A DNA stretch of 64,000 bases from a virus (IMGVR_UViG_3300009594_000001), one strand, 5' to 3'; shown: positions 36,766 through 45,938, counted from the stretch's first letter. Program-made: numbers and translations. The notes: generated from the letters alone by a model not told the origin.

Positions 36766-37044
36766 ATGAAAGACTTGGCCCACACGAGGCCAGACCAAGG
36801 CAGAATCACAGTCAATCTATATGACCCGATTATGTTGAGAGCGATTGATAAGACGTTGAAAGCAGCCGGTTTTAACTCCTACGTCTTTTCCAAAACGGCT
36901 GTAGTCGTAAACATACCCAGGCCGACTTCGGAAGACAGAGACCAAGTTGTAGCTCACGTCAAAAAGTTGACAGAAGAACAACCGTCTTTAGAAGAAGTAC
37001 GGTGTGGACCCCAAGACCAAGGCGACGTGGCACTGCGTTCGTAA
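36766..37044 (+). CDS. hypothetical protein (92 aa)
   Basis: ORF. Confidence 0.35.
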   Translation: MKDLAHTRPDQGRITVNLYDPIMLRAIDKTLKAAGFNSYVFSKTAVVVNIPRPTSEDRDQVVAHVKKLTEEQPSLEEVRCGPQDQGDVALRS

Positions 37045-37101
37045 GGAGTCCGCCAACGGTAAGGAAATCATGAAACTCACCAAGAAGTACAGTTTGGCCG
37101 C

Positions 37102-37923
37102 ATGAATAAACTCACTCTACAAGAAAAGCTCGCCATACGAGGCATGATCCAACAACGTCAAATCCCTGAAGAGGGGTGGGTGTTATTGGAGCGTTTGTTC
37201 GAGGAGAACAACGCCAACATTAGGCGTGCTACCGATCCTAGCTTGGAAACTGGAGGAAGTAGTTGCTCATCCGCCGCCGAAGTTCAAATATCCAACATGA
37301 GTTACGAAAACTTCCGGGCAACGATTTTTGTTCTCGGCCACGGAGGAGTACCCAAGGTAGCCGATTTACCATATCTGGAGCCTGTGAATCTAGATGATCT
37401 GAATCTAGACAATCGATTGGCCGAGTCTCGCATATTTCTGTCCAACCTCCCAGATCAAGTTACGACAGACTATATCGGCTTCGCTACCTATCGTTGGAAC
37501 GAAAAGTTCCCAAAACTGCGACCTATCCTGCCTCTAGAAAAGTTGTGGAAATTGCCCCTTGCCAAGAATGTGGTTTGGGCACCAGTTCTTGCCGAAGGTT
37601 GGGTAGCTCTTTCTGAGTCATACCACCCAGGCATGACGAAGTATTTAGAAGAGGCGGCTAGTTACTCTAATATGTCGCTGACTCAAGGCCACGGCATGTG
37701 GTGTAACAATTTCATTTGCCACAAGTCGGTGTATAAAGAGTTCCAGCAGTTCTTCAGGCACATGTTTGACTTTTTCTTCGAGAAGTATGGTTACTCGATG
37801 GACTTTGGGGATATAGATGAGAAAAGACGAGTGGCTTACTTCTACGAACGAATGGCAATTTTATTCTTCTCGAATCGAACCGACCTGGAGATTCGTGCTA
37901 TCCCAGCTAGGATCAAGAAATGA
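37102..37923 (+). CDS. hypothetical protein (273 aa)
   Basis: ORF. Confidence 0.5.
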   Translation: MNKLTLQEKLAIRGMIQQRQIPEEGWVLLERLFEENNANIRRATDPSLETGGSSCSSAAEVQISNMSYENFRATIFVLGHGGVPKVADLPYLEPVNLDDLNLDNRLAESRIFLSNLPDQVTTDYIGFATYRWNEKFPKLRPILPLEKLWKLPLAKNVVWAPVLAEGWVALSESYHPGMTKYLEEAASYSNMSLTQGHGMWCNNFICHKSVYKEFQQFFRHMFDFFFEKYGYSMDFGDIDEKRRVAYFYERMAILFFSNRTDLEIRAIPARIKK

Positions 37924-38240
37924 GTAACGAATGTCCGTCCGTGTATCTACAAGAGAAGTGTGCAACACTCTCCGCTGTTTTGGATTTCTTCATGCAAGGC
38001 ATGCCGCACTACTCGATCAACGAAAAGAAGTTGACCTTCTTCGCACAGATTGATTTCTGGGAGTGGGAACTGGAGACTGTGCCGTGGGTCGATCTCAACC
38101 GGCTCATCGATAAGTGGAACGCACTGTTGGAAGGCTGCGAAAAGAAGCTCCTCGATAACAGCATCAATCCAGATTGTGGTGCGGACGTACAGCCGGATTT
38201 GTCCAAGTACAAGAAGAAGCGGAAGATCGTTTCCGCTTGA
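37920..38240 (+). CDS. hypothetical protein (106 aa)
   Basis: ORF; start overlaps the preceding stop. Confidence 0.45.
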   Translation: MSNECPSVYLQEKCATLSAVLDFFMQGMPHYSINEKKLTFFAQIDFWEWELETVPWVDLNRLIDKWNALLEGCEKKLLDNSINPDCGADVQPDLSKYKKKRKIVSA

Positions 38241-38308
38241 CAGTGCAACTTTCGGATATACAATGTGCGTCAGGCATCAACGCATAACTCGTATCCTGGG
38301 AGGAAAGC

Positions 38309-38833
38309 ATGTCAACAACCACGAAAGCCAAGGTAAAGTCTGAATGGGCCGATAAGCCCTCGACCATCAAACATCTGGTCGCATTCACGCCCAGCAAAGA
38401 AGCTCGAATCGTCATCAAGTTCGGCAGCAGCAACATCGACAGCAAGGTGAGGATTGGCGGCGTCGGTGGCGATCCTCGTTTTGGTCGCTATCGTGGTTTC
38501 GGCAGCGGCTACATGGCAGGCCGTCACAACGTCCGTTACGATACCAGGGTTGTCAAGCGGAATGGCAGGCCGATGACCATCCCGCTCCAGGTGAAGACCA
38601 CGTTCATCGAATGCACGATTGGCGAGAAGACCATCAAAGCCAGGAGTTGCTGCAAGCCGCCCGATTTCTGGTCCACGAAGACTGGCATCTACTACGCAGT
38701 CCGGCACCTGTTCCGCATCGATTCCAAGGCCGACAAACCGATCCTCTCCAAGAAGGACCGGGCAACGCTGATGCAAGCTCTCTGCCCTTGGCTCTTCAAC
38801 AAGGCCAAAAAGAAGAAAACAGCAATCGAGTAA
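38309..38833 (+). CDS. basic hypothetical protein (174 aa)
   Basis: ORF with RBS gggaggaaa; followed by a terminator. Confidence 0.5.
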   Translation: MSTTTKAKVKSEWADKPSTIKHLVAFTPSKEARIVIKFGSSNIDSKVRIGGVGGDPRFGRYRGFGSGYMAGRHNVRYDTRVVKRNGRPMTIPLQVKTTFIECTIGEKTIKARSCCKPPDFWSTKTGIYYAVRHLFRIDSKADKPILSKKDRATLMQALCPWLFNKAKKKKTAIE

Positions 38834-38857
38834 TTCCGACCCTAGCCTTGGAAGCGA

Positions 38858-38890
38858 CACGCCCGGCGAAAGCCGGGCGTGTTCGTTTAT
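38858..38890 (+). terminator. rho-independent terminator
   Basis: cgcccggc-gaaa-gccgggcg followed by gttcgtttat. Confidence 0.65.
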
Positions 38891-38962
38891 ATTGACAGTT
38901 TTTGCTTTTCATGGCAGACTATTTCCGTTCTTGAAACTGAAACAATGTAGGAGGAGTCTAGA

Positions 38963-40876
38963 ATGGAAAATCTAATTCTTATCCTGATCCTGGCTGGGAG
39001 CGTGGTCTTTGGTTTCTTGGTTCTGGCGTGGCTGATCACGAGATACGTTCCCAACACCAAAGAGGCCATTGTCGAGAAACTATGGTCTGGCAAAGGTTCG
39101 CTGAGCGAGGGCTATATCATCGCTCTCAACGGCGAGGCTGGTTACCAAGCCGACGTTCTGCGAGGCGGTATCCACTTCGGATACTGGCGATGGCAGTATG
39201 GTCTACACAAGACCAAACTCATCGAGATTCGTCAGGGTAAACTCGGTTACGTCTTCTCCAGAGTCGGCGACCCGCTACCGCCTAGCCAAACTCTGGGCAA
39301 GATCGTGGAGTGCGATCATTTCCAAGACGTGAAGAAGTTTCTAGATGGCGGCGGTCAGAAAGGTCGGCAGCGTGCCATTCTTCGTGAAGGCGTTTACGCT
39401 ATCAACCTTGCCGCTTTCTCCGTCATCACCGAGGATCATGTTTACTCGCTGGATCACGACAAGAGCCTGACAGAGTATCACGATCAACTCAAAACCACCA
39501 AGGGCTTTGATCCGGTGGTCATCGGCAGTTCGACCGGCCAAGATAACATTGGCATCGTGACTACACATGATGGTCCGTCGCTGAAGCCGGGCGAGATCAT
39601 TGCTCCCGCTGTTGCGACGGAAGCCAACGACCCGAATTTCCACAACAACTACCAGGACATCGAAGCCTTCTTGCGGGCCGGTGGTCAGCGTGGCTTGCAA
39701 TACGCTCCGTTGCTAGACGGCACGTACTTCCTGAATCACTGGTTTGCCACGATGAAGCTGGTGCCCAAGGAGGTTGTAGACATTGGCTACGTCGGCGTAG
39801 TTGTGAGCTACTACGGCAAGGAAGGTGCCGACACGTCCGGCACTACGTTCCGTCACGGCGAACGTGTACATGTTGGCGAGCGTGGCGTCTGGGAGAAAAC
39901 GCTTGGCCCCGGCAAATATCCTTTCAACAACTTCGCTGGCAAGATCATCATGGTGCCGACGACCAACTTTGTCTTGCACTGGATCACCGGCAAAACCGAA
40001 GGGCACAAGTACGACGAGAGCTTGCGGTCCATCGACCTTATCACGAAAGACGCCTACGAGCCGATCCTGCCACTTTCGGTCGTCGTACACATCGACTACC
40101 AGAAGGCTCCCAGCGTGATCCAGCGGTTCGGCGATGTGAAGAAGCTCATCACTCAAACCATCGACCCGATGCTGAGTGCCTACTTCCGTGACGTGGCTCA
40201 CAAGAAGACCATGCTGGAACTCGTTCACAGCCGTGATGAAATCCAGAAGCAGGCTCGCAAGGAGCTACAAGAGAAGTTCAAGCAATTCGATATCGAATGT
40301 GTTGACGTTCTGATCGGACGCCCAGAGTCCCAGGACAACGACCAGAAGATCGAAACCCTGTTAGAACAGTTGCGAACCCGGCAGCTTTCGCTCGAACAGA
40401 TCGAAACCTACAACAAGCAAGAGCAGGCTGCGGCCAAGCTCCAAACGCTGAACGAAGCCAACGCAAAGGCCGAGTTGCAAAAGGAGCTAACTTCCTCGAA
40501 GGTCAAGATCGAGATCGCTGGCAACGAAGGTTCCGCCGATCTAGAATTGGCCAAGAAGGAGGCCGAGAAGGTCAAGGTTCTCGCAGCCGCCGAAGCCGAG
40601 AAGATCACCAGCATCGGTACTTCCGAGGCCGATGTCTTGCAGAAAAAGGTCAAATCGTTCGGCGATTCCAGACTCTATGCGATGTCAGTGCTGGCTCAGT
40701 ACGTCACGCAGAGCAAGCAGCCCATCGTCCCGACCAACCTGTTCACAACGGGCGGCGGGAAGCAGAATGGCGGCGTGCTTGATCTACTACTGTCACTGAT
40801 AGCGGTGGAACAAGTCAAGAAGCTGTCCAGCGACGGCCAATACGTTGAAGACAATGGGGCCTTAGCAGAGAAGTAG
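38963..40876 (+). CDS. SPFH/band-7 flotillin-like membrane protein
   Basis: N-terminal TM helix, SPFH-like core, and flotillin-type Glu/Ala-rich C-terminus (EKVKVLAAAEAEKITSIGTSEADVLQKKV). Confidence 0.65.
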   Translation: MENLILILILAGSVVFGFLVLAWLITRYVPNTKEAIVEKLWSGKGSLSEGYIIALNGEAGYQADVLRGGIHFGYWRWQYGLHKTKLIEIRQGKLGYVFSRVGDPLPPSQTLGKIVECDHFQDVKKFLDGGGQKGRQRAILREGVYAINLAAFSVITEDHVYSLDHDKSLTEYHDQLKTTKGFDPVVIGSSTGQDNIGIVTTHDGPSLKPGEIIAPAVATEANDPNFHNNYQDIEAFLRAGGQRGLQYAPLLDGTYFLNHWFATMKLVPKEVVDIGYVGVVVSYYGKEGADTSGTTFRHGERVHVGERGVWEKTLGPGKYPFNNFAGKIIMVPTTNFVLHWITGKTEGHKYDESLRSIDLITKDAYEPILPLSVVVHIDYQKAPSVIQRFGDVKKLITQTIDPMLSAYFRDVAHKKTMLELVHSRDEIQKQARKELQEKFKQFDIECVDVLIGRPESQDNDQKIETLLEQLRTRQLSLEQIETYNKQEQAAAKLQTLNEANAKAELQKELTSSKVKIEIAGNEGSADLELAKKEAEKVKVLAAAEAEKITSIGTSEADVLQKKVKSFGDSRLYAMSVLAQYVTQSKQPIVPTNLFTTGGGKQNGGVLDLLLSLIAVEQVKKLSSDGQYVEDNGALAEK

Positions 40877-40885
40877 GCCAAAGAG

Positions 40886-40920
40886 AACGGCCCGCCGAAA
40901 GGCGGGCCGTTCTTGTTTAT
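40886..40920 (+). terminator. rho-independent terminator
   Basis: cggcccgcc-gaaa-ggcgggccg followed by ttcttgtttat. Confidence 0.65.
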
Positions 40921-41209
40921 AGAGGTATCTTTCCTCGAATCATATCCCAAAGTATTCTCCAGTCGGAGAGCTTGGCTAGTAGCGGGTTTCGGAATGCTGC
41001 CGGTTTGTTGTGTTCAAATAGAAAGTGTCCGGTCCATGCGAATGGGTAGACGACGAATGGCAGTAGAACTAGCAGAAGCAAGAACCAGCCGCCCAACCAG
41101 ATAACGAGTCCCAGGAAAGCTAGGGTCGTCAATTGGCCCAGCACATGTAGTCTTCTGCACTATTTGTTCTGATGTAGAGACAGGTAGTGTTGGTAGTATT
41201 CGTCAAAGG

Positions 41210-41419
41210 TCACTTGTTGTTGGCCTTTCTTACGCAGTGATCGCAACCCTGGGTCATGCACTTGCATTCCGGACCACAATCACACTGACGTGCGGACGGC
41301 GGCAGGCACTTACCACCCTCGCCCGAACATGGGGCACAGTGGTAACACTTCGGCCTGCCGGTGCAGCCGGTCACGGCCAGGGCAGCACCGATCAAAAAAA
41401 CAGCAATTAGACTTTTCAT
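41210..41419 (-). CDS. small cysteine-rich lipoprotein
   Basis: Lipobox LAVTGC after a signal peptide; 11 Cys in 69 aa. Confidence 0.45.
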   Translation of the reverse strand: MKSLIAVFLIGAALAVTGCTGRPKCYHCAPCSGEGGKCLPPSARQCDCGPECKCMTQGCDHCVRKANNK

Positions 41420-41742
41420 ATTATGTTTCCAATTCTAGGTACAGTAGGTCCAAACTTGATTTCTATGTAGGTAGCTCCTCGTTTGACTACGTTCACGAGG
41501 GCGTAGGCAACTAGATCACCAGCTTTGGCTTTGACCTGGGCGGACCCAGCACGTCGGGCCTCGATGTCGCATTCGATGCCTTGGTCGCTCAAAGGAACGA
41601 GATCGACAATTCCTTCCGGTTCAGAAGACCACCGTACCGGCAAGTCCCGCTCTCTGATTTCGGTTACGAGGTTTCCCAGGATTGCCAGGAGCGAAGCCGT
41701 GGTCTTCTCGTTTGTTTGGAGCGTGATTACCGGGATGCTCAT
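41416..41742 (-). CDS. hypothetical protein (108 aa)
   Basis: ORF on the minus strand. Confidence 0.4.
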   Translation of the reverse strand: MSIPVITLQTNEKTTASLLAILGNLVTEIRERDLPVRWSSEPEGIVDLVPLSDQGIECDIEARRAGSAQVKAKAGDLVAYALVNVVKRGATYIEIKFGPTVPRIGNII

Positions 41743-42023
41743 TTATTCTCTTCTTCCTTTGCCACTGGCTCAGCAGGTGGTTCTTCTTGGGGTTTGGCCC
41801 AGGGTGCCGTCTTCAGTTTGTCCTTCTTCGGGAATAGCCATTTCAGGAAGGCGGACTCGTCCATCTTCTTGTCTTCAGTCAGAAATTGCTTGAATGATCG
41901 CATGATTTCCTCTTTCTGTTGCTCCAGGTATTTATGTCCCAACAGGCGGTTTCCGACGTGTTTCCGGGCCGGAAAAAATTTTGAAAAAGTGCGAATCTTG
42001 GGGCGGGCATACTCGTCTATCAT
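41739..42023 (-). CDS. hypothetical protein (94 aa)
   Basis: ORF on the minus strand. Confidence 0.4.
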   Translation of the reverse strand: MIDEYARPKIRTFSKFFPARKHVGNRLLGHKYLEQQKEEIMRSFKQFLTEDKKMDESAFLKWLFPKKDKLKTAPWAKPQEEPPAEPVAKEEENK

Positions 42024-42381
42024 GCAGGTGGCAGAGATTCTCGAAAAAAAATCTCAGTCGGACTTGACCAGAATCGTGGGTTGGAGTATAAATACACTTA
42101 CGAGACACGAGTTCTCGACCGGGGGCGTGTGCCCCACAAGGAGACTAACGGTTATGTTGACGTGCAGGTTTACCTTTGTAGAACGCACAGCCGGAACCAC
42201 GGAAGCCGTGGCCCCGGCAGCGGTGCGTCCAGAGGGTATGTCCGCCGTCGATACCACCGTCTAGTTTCCTGAACCGTCGCATCGGTTCAGGGAAGCCTGA
42301 ACCGGATGAGACGTAGTAAATAGACTCGTCAAACCCGTTTAGGCAGCCAAAAGCAGCTTGAACGGGTTTTTCGTTTTGCGA

Positions 42382-42452
42382 CCCGACATCGTTCAATGGT
42401 AGGACAGGGGTTTCATACGCCCACAACAGTGGTTCGATTCCACTTGTCGGGA
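42382..42452 (+). tRNA. tRNA-Met(CAT)
   Basis: Acceptor cccgaca/tgtcggg; AC gggt-ttCATac-gccc; T agtgg-ttcgatt-ccact; T-run follows. Confidence 0.6.
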
Positions 42453-42493
42453 TTTTTGAACACTGGCTACTCTCATAAGTCACAAGGAGACTT

Positions 42494-42850
42494 ATGATGT
42501 ATAGCCACAAAGAGTATATCAGAGAGAGGTATCGCAACGACCCAGAGTACAAGAAGAAACAGATAGAATTGGTCGAACGTCGCAAGCGTGAGTTGCGTCA
42601 GTGGTTTCTAAAATTGAAATCAACTCTGTCCTGCGAGAAGTGCGGTGAGGATCATGTAGCTTGTTTGGATTTTTACCACACTGATCCTAAGATCAAAGAA
42701 TCGGCTCTGGGCGAGTGTTGGAGGAGAGGTTGGTCGAAGGAGCGAGTGTTAGCAGAGATAGCGAAGTGTAAAGTTCTTTGTTCTAATTGTCACCGAAAGG
42801 AACATTGGGATGAGGAACAAAAGAAGTGGATGTTTCGGGAAGTGGGCTAA
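42494..42850 (+). CDS. HNH endonuclease
   Basis: CEKCGEDH...DFYHTDP...VLCSNCHRKEH. The 3' end overlaps a tRNA-like element. Confidence 0.6.
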   Translation: MMYSHKEYIRERYRNDPEYKKKQIELVERRKRELRQWFLKLKSTLSCEKCGEDHVACLDFYHTDPKIKESALGECWRRGWSKERVLAEIAKCKVLCSNCHRKEHWDEEQKKWMFREVG

Positions 42851-42916
42851 AGGCTAGCCGCCTGATTTGGGGCCAGGACATCAAGTGGGTTCGATTCCCC
42901 TTCCCGACTGACAGAT
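42834..42916 (+). ncRNA. tRNA-like element (anticodon arm unresolved, short T-stem)
   Basis: Perfect acceptor cgggaag/cttcccg; D ggct/agcc; 9-nt AC loop; T-loop ttcgatt. Confidence 0.3.
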
Positions 42917-43018
42917 AGAGAGCTTCTAGCTTTCTAGCGATCTTTGACAATTTGGTTGAAACGTCAAATGCCCTTCGTCACCATCGAGGGCATGGTAGCG
43001 ATATCATGTCCTCGTTTT

Positions 43019-43091
43019 GCGGGTGTAGCTTAATGGCTAAAGCACGACGTTGCCAACGTCGGGACTACGGGTTCGAGTCCCGTCACCCGCT
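43019..43091 (+). tRNA. tRNA-Gly(GCC)
   Basis: Acceptor gcgggtg/cacccgc; D gctt/aagc; AC cgacg-ttGCCaa-cgtcg; T acggg-ttcgagt-cccgt. Confidence 0.75.
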
Positions 43092-43095
43092 CTGT

Positions 43096-43166
43096 GCGTC
43101 CTTGGTCTAGTGGTATGATGCTAGCTTACCATGCTGGAGGCACCGGTTCGATTCTGGTAGGACGCT
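43096..43166 (+). tRNA. tRNA with apparent anticodon ACC (identity uncertain)
   Basis: Acceptor gcgtcct/aggacgc; AC ctagc-ttACCat-gctgg; T accgg-ttcgatt-ctggt; weak D-arm. Confidence 0.4.
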
Positions 43167-43172
43167 CTCGCC

Positions 43173-43449
43173 ACTATGGTGTAGTTGCGAAAGGGGTAGG
43201 CGTTTCTGAAGACTACAGGATGATGCTTGTGAAAGCCTGAGTAAACTGGATAGTAACATCGCAAAAGGCTCTAAAAATCGTGAACTGGGAGAATGGTCCG
43301 GACAGGCTTGAAAGGGAACGATGGTAAGTACCAGTCATCGGAATGTAGCTAGTAGGTTTCGCCGAGTCCGAGTAGTAGGGAACACGCCGCTAAGCATTTT
43401 GCGATTCGGAAGCGGAATCATGGGTTCGAGTCCCATTGGTGGCTCTTTT
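43173..43449 (+). ncRNA. 277-nt RNA with tRNA acceptor and T-arm ends (intron-containing tRNA or tmRNA-like candidate)
   Basis: 5' gccacta pairs with 3' tggtggc; T-arm atggg-ttcgagt-cccat directly precedes the 3' strand. The ~200-nt interior contains gaagactaca (P7-like GACTA). Confidence 0.3.
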
Positions 43450-43454
43450 ATTCT

Positions 43455-43527
43455 GGTGCTGTGGTGTAACGGTCTAGCATAACACTCTGTCGAAGTGTTG
43501 GAGCGGGTTCAACTCCCGTCAGCACCG
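43455..43527 (+). tRNA. tRNA-Asp(GTC)
   Basis: Acceptor ggtgctg/cagcacc; AC acact-ctGTCga-agtgt; T cggg-ttcaact-cccg. Confidence 0.65.
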
Positions 43528-43569
43528 CTTGTTCCAGGGACGCCTGGGGCAAACTGGCTAGGAGGATCG

Positions 43570-43642
43570 ACGGATTCTCTGAAATCGTTCGTATAGCCCG
43601 GTTAGTATGCCGGGGCGAAAGCCCGGAGGCGTGGGTTCAAAT
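43570..43642 (+). ncRNA. tRNA-like element with variable-arm hairpin ccggg-gcgaaag-cccgg
   Basis: T-arm gtggg-ttcaaat-cccac; no complementary 5' acceptor found; 8-nt anticodon loop. Confidence 0.25.
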
Positions 43643-43737
43643 CCCACACGTAAGCCAGCTTTACAAGGAGACCATCATGCGTAGTCAAAGGAATGGTAGC
43701 GTCTTCTAGAGCAATTACGCTCTAGGAGAAATGCTAC

Positions 43738-44094
43738 ATGGCAAAGAAGAAGTGGTACTACGGCTGCCTGCGAAATCCTCGCACAACGCAGGAACGCAGA
43801 GCGAACCAAGAACGCAATAATCCTCTCATTAGAGGAAGGCGAAGGAAGCTTCCCAACGCCTGGGATGACATTCCTCGCAGTAGCGATCAGAAGTCTTGGA
43901 AGGTTCTTGGTCGCAAGCATCAGTATCGTGACGAGAAGAAAGGGTACTCGTTGCACGAGTTCACTTATTCGTGGTGTGATGTCGAGAGCAGGATGATCAC
44001 TCGAAACATCATGCGACACCTGGATCAGATCGGGTGCTGGTATGAGTATGCTTTTGAAGGCATCAAGTGGTTCGGCCCTGCCGACTCTTGGTAG
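43738..44094 (+). CDS. hypothetical protein (118 aa), basic N-terminus
   Basis: ORF followed by the hairpin ggcccc-ttcg-ggggcc. Confidence 0.45.
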   Translation: MAKKKWYYGCLRNPRTTQERRANQERNNPLIRGRRRKLPNAWDDIPRSSDQKSWKVLGRKHQYRDEKKGYSLHEFTYSWCDVESRMITRNIMRHLDQIGCWYEYAFEGIKWFGPADSW

Positions 44095-44119
44095 GAAACG
44101 GCCCCTTCGGGGGCCACAT

Positions 44120-44193
44120 GGCCCTATGGTGTAGTGGTTTCTGCATGTCTGGTTGTCAACCAGCAGGTCGGGGTTCGATTCCCCGTAGGGCCG
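44120..44193 (+). tRNA. tRNA-Asp(GTC)
   Basis: Acceptor ggcccta/tagggcc; AC ctgg-ttGTCaa-ccag; T cgggg-ttcgatt-ccccg. Confidence 0.6.
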
Positions 44194-44198
44194 CTTTT

Positions 44199-44269
44199 GC
44201 CGGTATGTTGTAGTGGTAGCGAGTCTGCCTTGTAAGCAGAAAGCGAGGGTTCGATTCCTTCTACCGGCT
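44199..44269 (+). tRNA. tRNA-Thr(TGT)
   Basis: Acceptor gccggta/taccggc; AC tctgc-ctTGTaa-gcaga; T gaggg-ttcgatt-ccttc. Confidence 0.65.
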
Positions 44270-44281
44270 TTGAAGGGATAT

Positions 44282-44358
44282 GCGGCTATAGTGTTTAACG
44301 GTCTCAGTACGACTGGCTTCCAACCAGTTAGTGGCAGGTTCAAATCTCCCTAGCTGCT
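44282..44358 (+). tRNA. tRNA-Gly(TCC)-like (imperfect T-stem)
   Basis: Acceptor gcggcta/tagctgc; AC actgg-ctTCCaa-ccagt; T-loop ttcaaat with two stem mismatches. Confidence 0.45.
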
Positions 44359-44428
44359 CTTGAATGCAAGCACTTTCCCTGGTCGTATATTTCAGGAGTA
44401 TCAAGGACTCCTATATACGACCAATTAT

Positions 44429-44500
44429 GGCTCCATCGTCTAGTGGTCAGGATAACAGACTTTCAATCTGTAGACCGGAGTTCGACTCTCTGTGGAGCTA
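44429..44500 (+). tRNA. tRNA-Glu(TTC)
   Basis: Acceptor ggctcca/tggagct; AC acaga-ctTTCaa-tctgt; T cggag-ttcgact-ctctg. Confidence 0.65.
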
Positions 44501-44502
44501 CT

Positions 44503-44945
44503 ATGAAACTCGACAAGGACTTGCAGGCGAGATGGGATGAGTTGTTCGAGCAATGCCCCATACTCACTTTCAAAGAATGGTATAGTGGTGTACCCACGAG
44601 GAGGTACATGCTGGAACGTGAACAACAGAAGTTGATAGAAGAGCAAGAAAAACGGGACCGCCTTGCAAACAAGAATAATGTTTGCAATTCTACTCTAACA
44701 ACAAACAGAAAGAGGCTGAGTACAACAAGAAGTATAAAGCCGTGTGGTATAAGAAAAACAGACGAAGGCTGAAAGAATGGTTTTGGGAATACAAGAAAAC
44801 GCTGGTGTGTACAGAGTGTGGTGCAGACCATCCAGCGGTGATTGATTTCCACCATCCAGGCAAAAAGGAGGCTGGTATCTCTGAAATGTTGAAGGATGGC
44901 GTTGGCAAAGATACGCTGTTGGCCGAGGTTTAACAATGTAGCAAC
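44503..44945 (+). pseudogene. HNH endonuclease paralog disrupted by a frameshift (~44690) and in-frame TAA (44932)
   Basis: The N-terminal ORF MKLDKD... shifts into frame 0: ...KEWFWEYKKTLVCTECGADHPAVIDFHHPG...LLAEV*QCSNCHRILHYGED. Confidence 0.45.
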
Positions 44946-44982
44946 TGCCACAGGATATTACATTACGGCGAAGACAATTGAT

Positions 44983-45054
44983 GCCCCGTTCGACTTCGGG
45001 TGAGGTCGCTTGGCTTTCAACCAAGCTAGAAGAGTTCGACTCTCTTACGGGGTA
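44983..45054 (+). tRNA. tRNA-Glu(TTC)
   Basis: Acceptor gccccgt/acggggt; D gac-ttcgggtgag-gtc; AC cttgg-ctTTCaa-ccaag; T aagag-ttcgact-ctctt. Confidence 0.65.
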
Positions 45055-45060
45055 CTATAT

Positions 45061-45133
45061 GCCCCATTCGACTTTCGGTGAGGTCACGAGACTCTCAATC
45101 TCGGTAGGACGGGTTCGACTCCCGCATGGGGTA
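45061..45133 (+). tRNA. tRNA-Glu(CTC)
   Basis: Acceptor gccccat/atggggt; same D-arm; AC cgaga-ctCTCaa-tctcg; T cggg-ttcgact-cccg. Confidence 0.65.
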
Positions 45134-45139
45134 CTATAT

Positions 45140-45214
45140 TGGGGTGTGGTTCAGCTTGGAGTGGACGCCAGTTTCGGGAACTGGAGAACGTGGGTTCAAG
45201 TTCCACCACCCCGA
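45140..45214 (+). tRNA. tRNA-Pro(CGG)
   Basis: Acceptor tggggtg/caccccg; AC ccagt-ttCGGga-actgg; T gtggg-ttcaagt-tccac. Confidence 0.6.
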
Positions 45215-45319
45215 CTCGAAGGCAACAGGTCCGACTCGGATGGCCTGGTGCTACTACCTGTCAGCCGCCATTAGTGTAAGGGCACGTCCGCCAGCAAGGG
45301 CGGGAGGACCGAGTTTCTA

Positions 45320-45400
45320 TATCTGGATGTGTCGGGAGTCCGGTTATCCGTCCTGCTTCGGATGCAGGGGCACGTTGGTTCAAATCCAACCACCCAGACT
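45320..45400 (+). ncRNA. tRNA-like element (type-II-like, possible anticodon CTG with C33)
   Basis: T-arm gttgg-ttcaaat-ccaac; acceptor ctggatg/cacccag with one mismatch; AC atccg-tcCTGct-cggat; 10-nt variable region. Confidence 0.3.
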
Positions 45401-45403
45401 CAT

Positions 45404-45477
45404 CGGGGCGTAGCTCAGCTTGGTAGAGCGTCTGGTTTGGGACCAGAAGGCCGCAGGTCCGAATCCTGTCGCCCCGA
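45404..45477 (+). tRNA. tRNA-Pro(TGG)
   Basis: Acceptor cggggcg/cgccccg; D gctc-agcttggtag-agc; AC tctgg-ttTGGga-ccaga; T gcagg-tccgaat-cctgt. Confidence 0.75.
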
Positions 45478-45791
45478 CTGTGGAGTGGTGAAGATAAGGG
45501 ATACTTCAAACGTCACACTCATAATGTGAAACTGTAGGTGCAACTCCTACCCCTACTATCTTGAAGAGGTTGAAGAACCTCAGAAAGAAATGGCGGACAG
45601 AGCAGACTAGAGAACGAAGTTTCGTCTGGGCTACGTGCCCGGTGCCTTGAGTCTCGAAAAATCAGTTGGGATAGATATCGATTACGGTATGTGTTCCAGC
45701 GAGCTTGATCGGTTCATTCGTGAACTCGAAAGAGCAACCACGCCAGGGTAGTTTAACAGAAAGTCCCTTGCCGACTATTTCCTCTACAAAC

Positions 45792-45863
45792 GGGCCTTTA
45801 GGTTAGAGGAAAACCGCTTGGATCACGCCCAAGAAACCGCTGGTTCGAGTCCAGCAAGGCCCA
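45792..45863 (+). tRNA. tRNA-Val(CAC)
   Basis: Acceptor gggcctt/aaggccc; AC cttgg-atCACgc-ccaag; T gctgg-ttcgagt-ccagc. Confidence 0.55.
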
Positions 45864-45938
45864 CTGCCGGGCGACAAAATAGAAGACGTGTCATGCACGT
45901 ATGTTACCGTTGGACCAACGGAATCAATGTCCGGCAAT

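Noticed and set aside
43675-44343. 222-aa minus-strand ORF
   Set aside because: It is antisense to a plus-strand gene with RBS (43738..44094) and to three tRNAs; no support.
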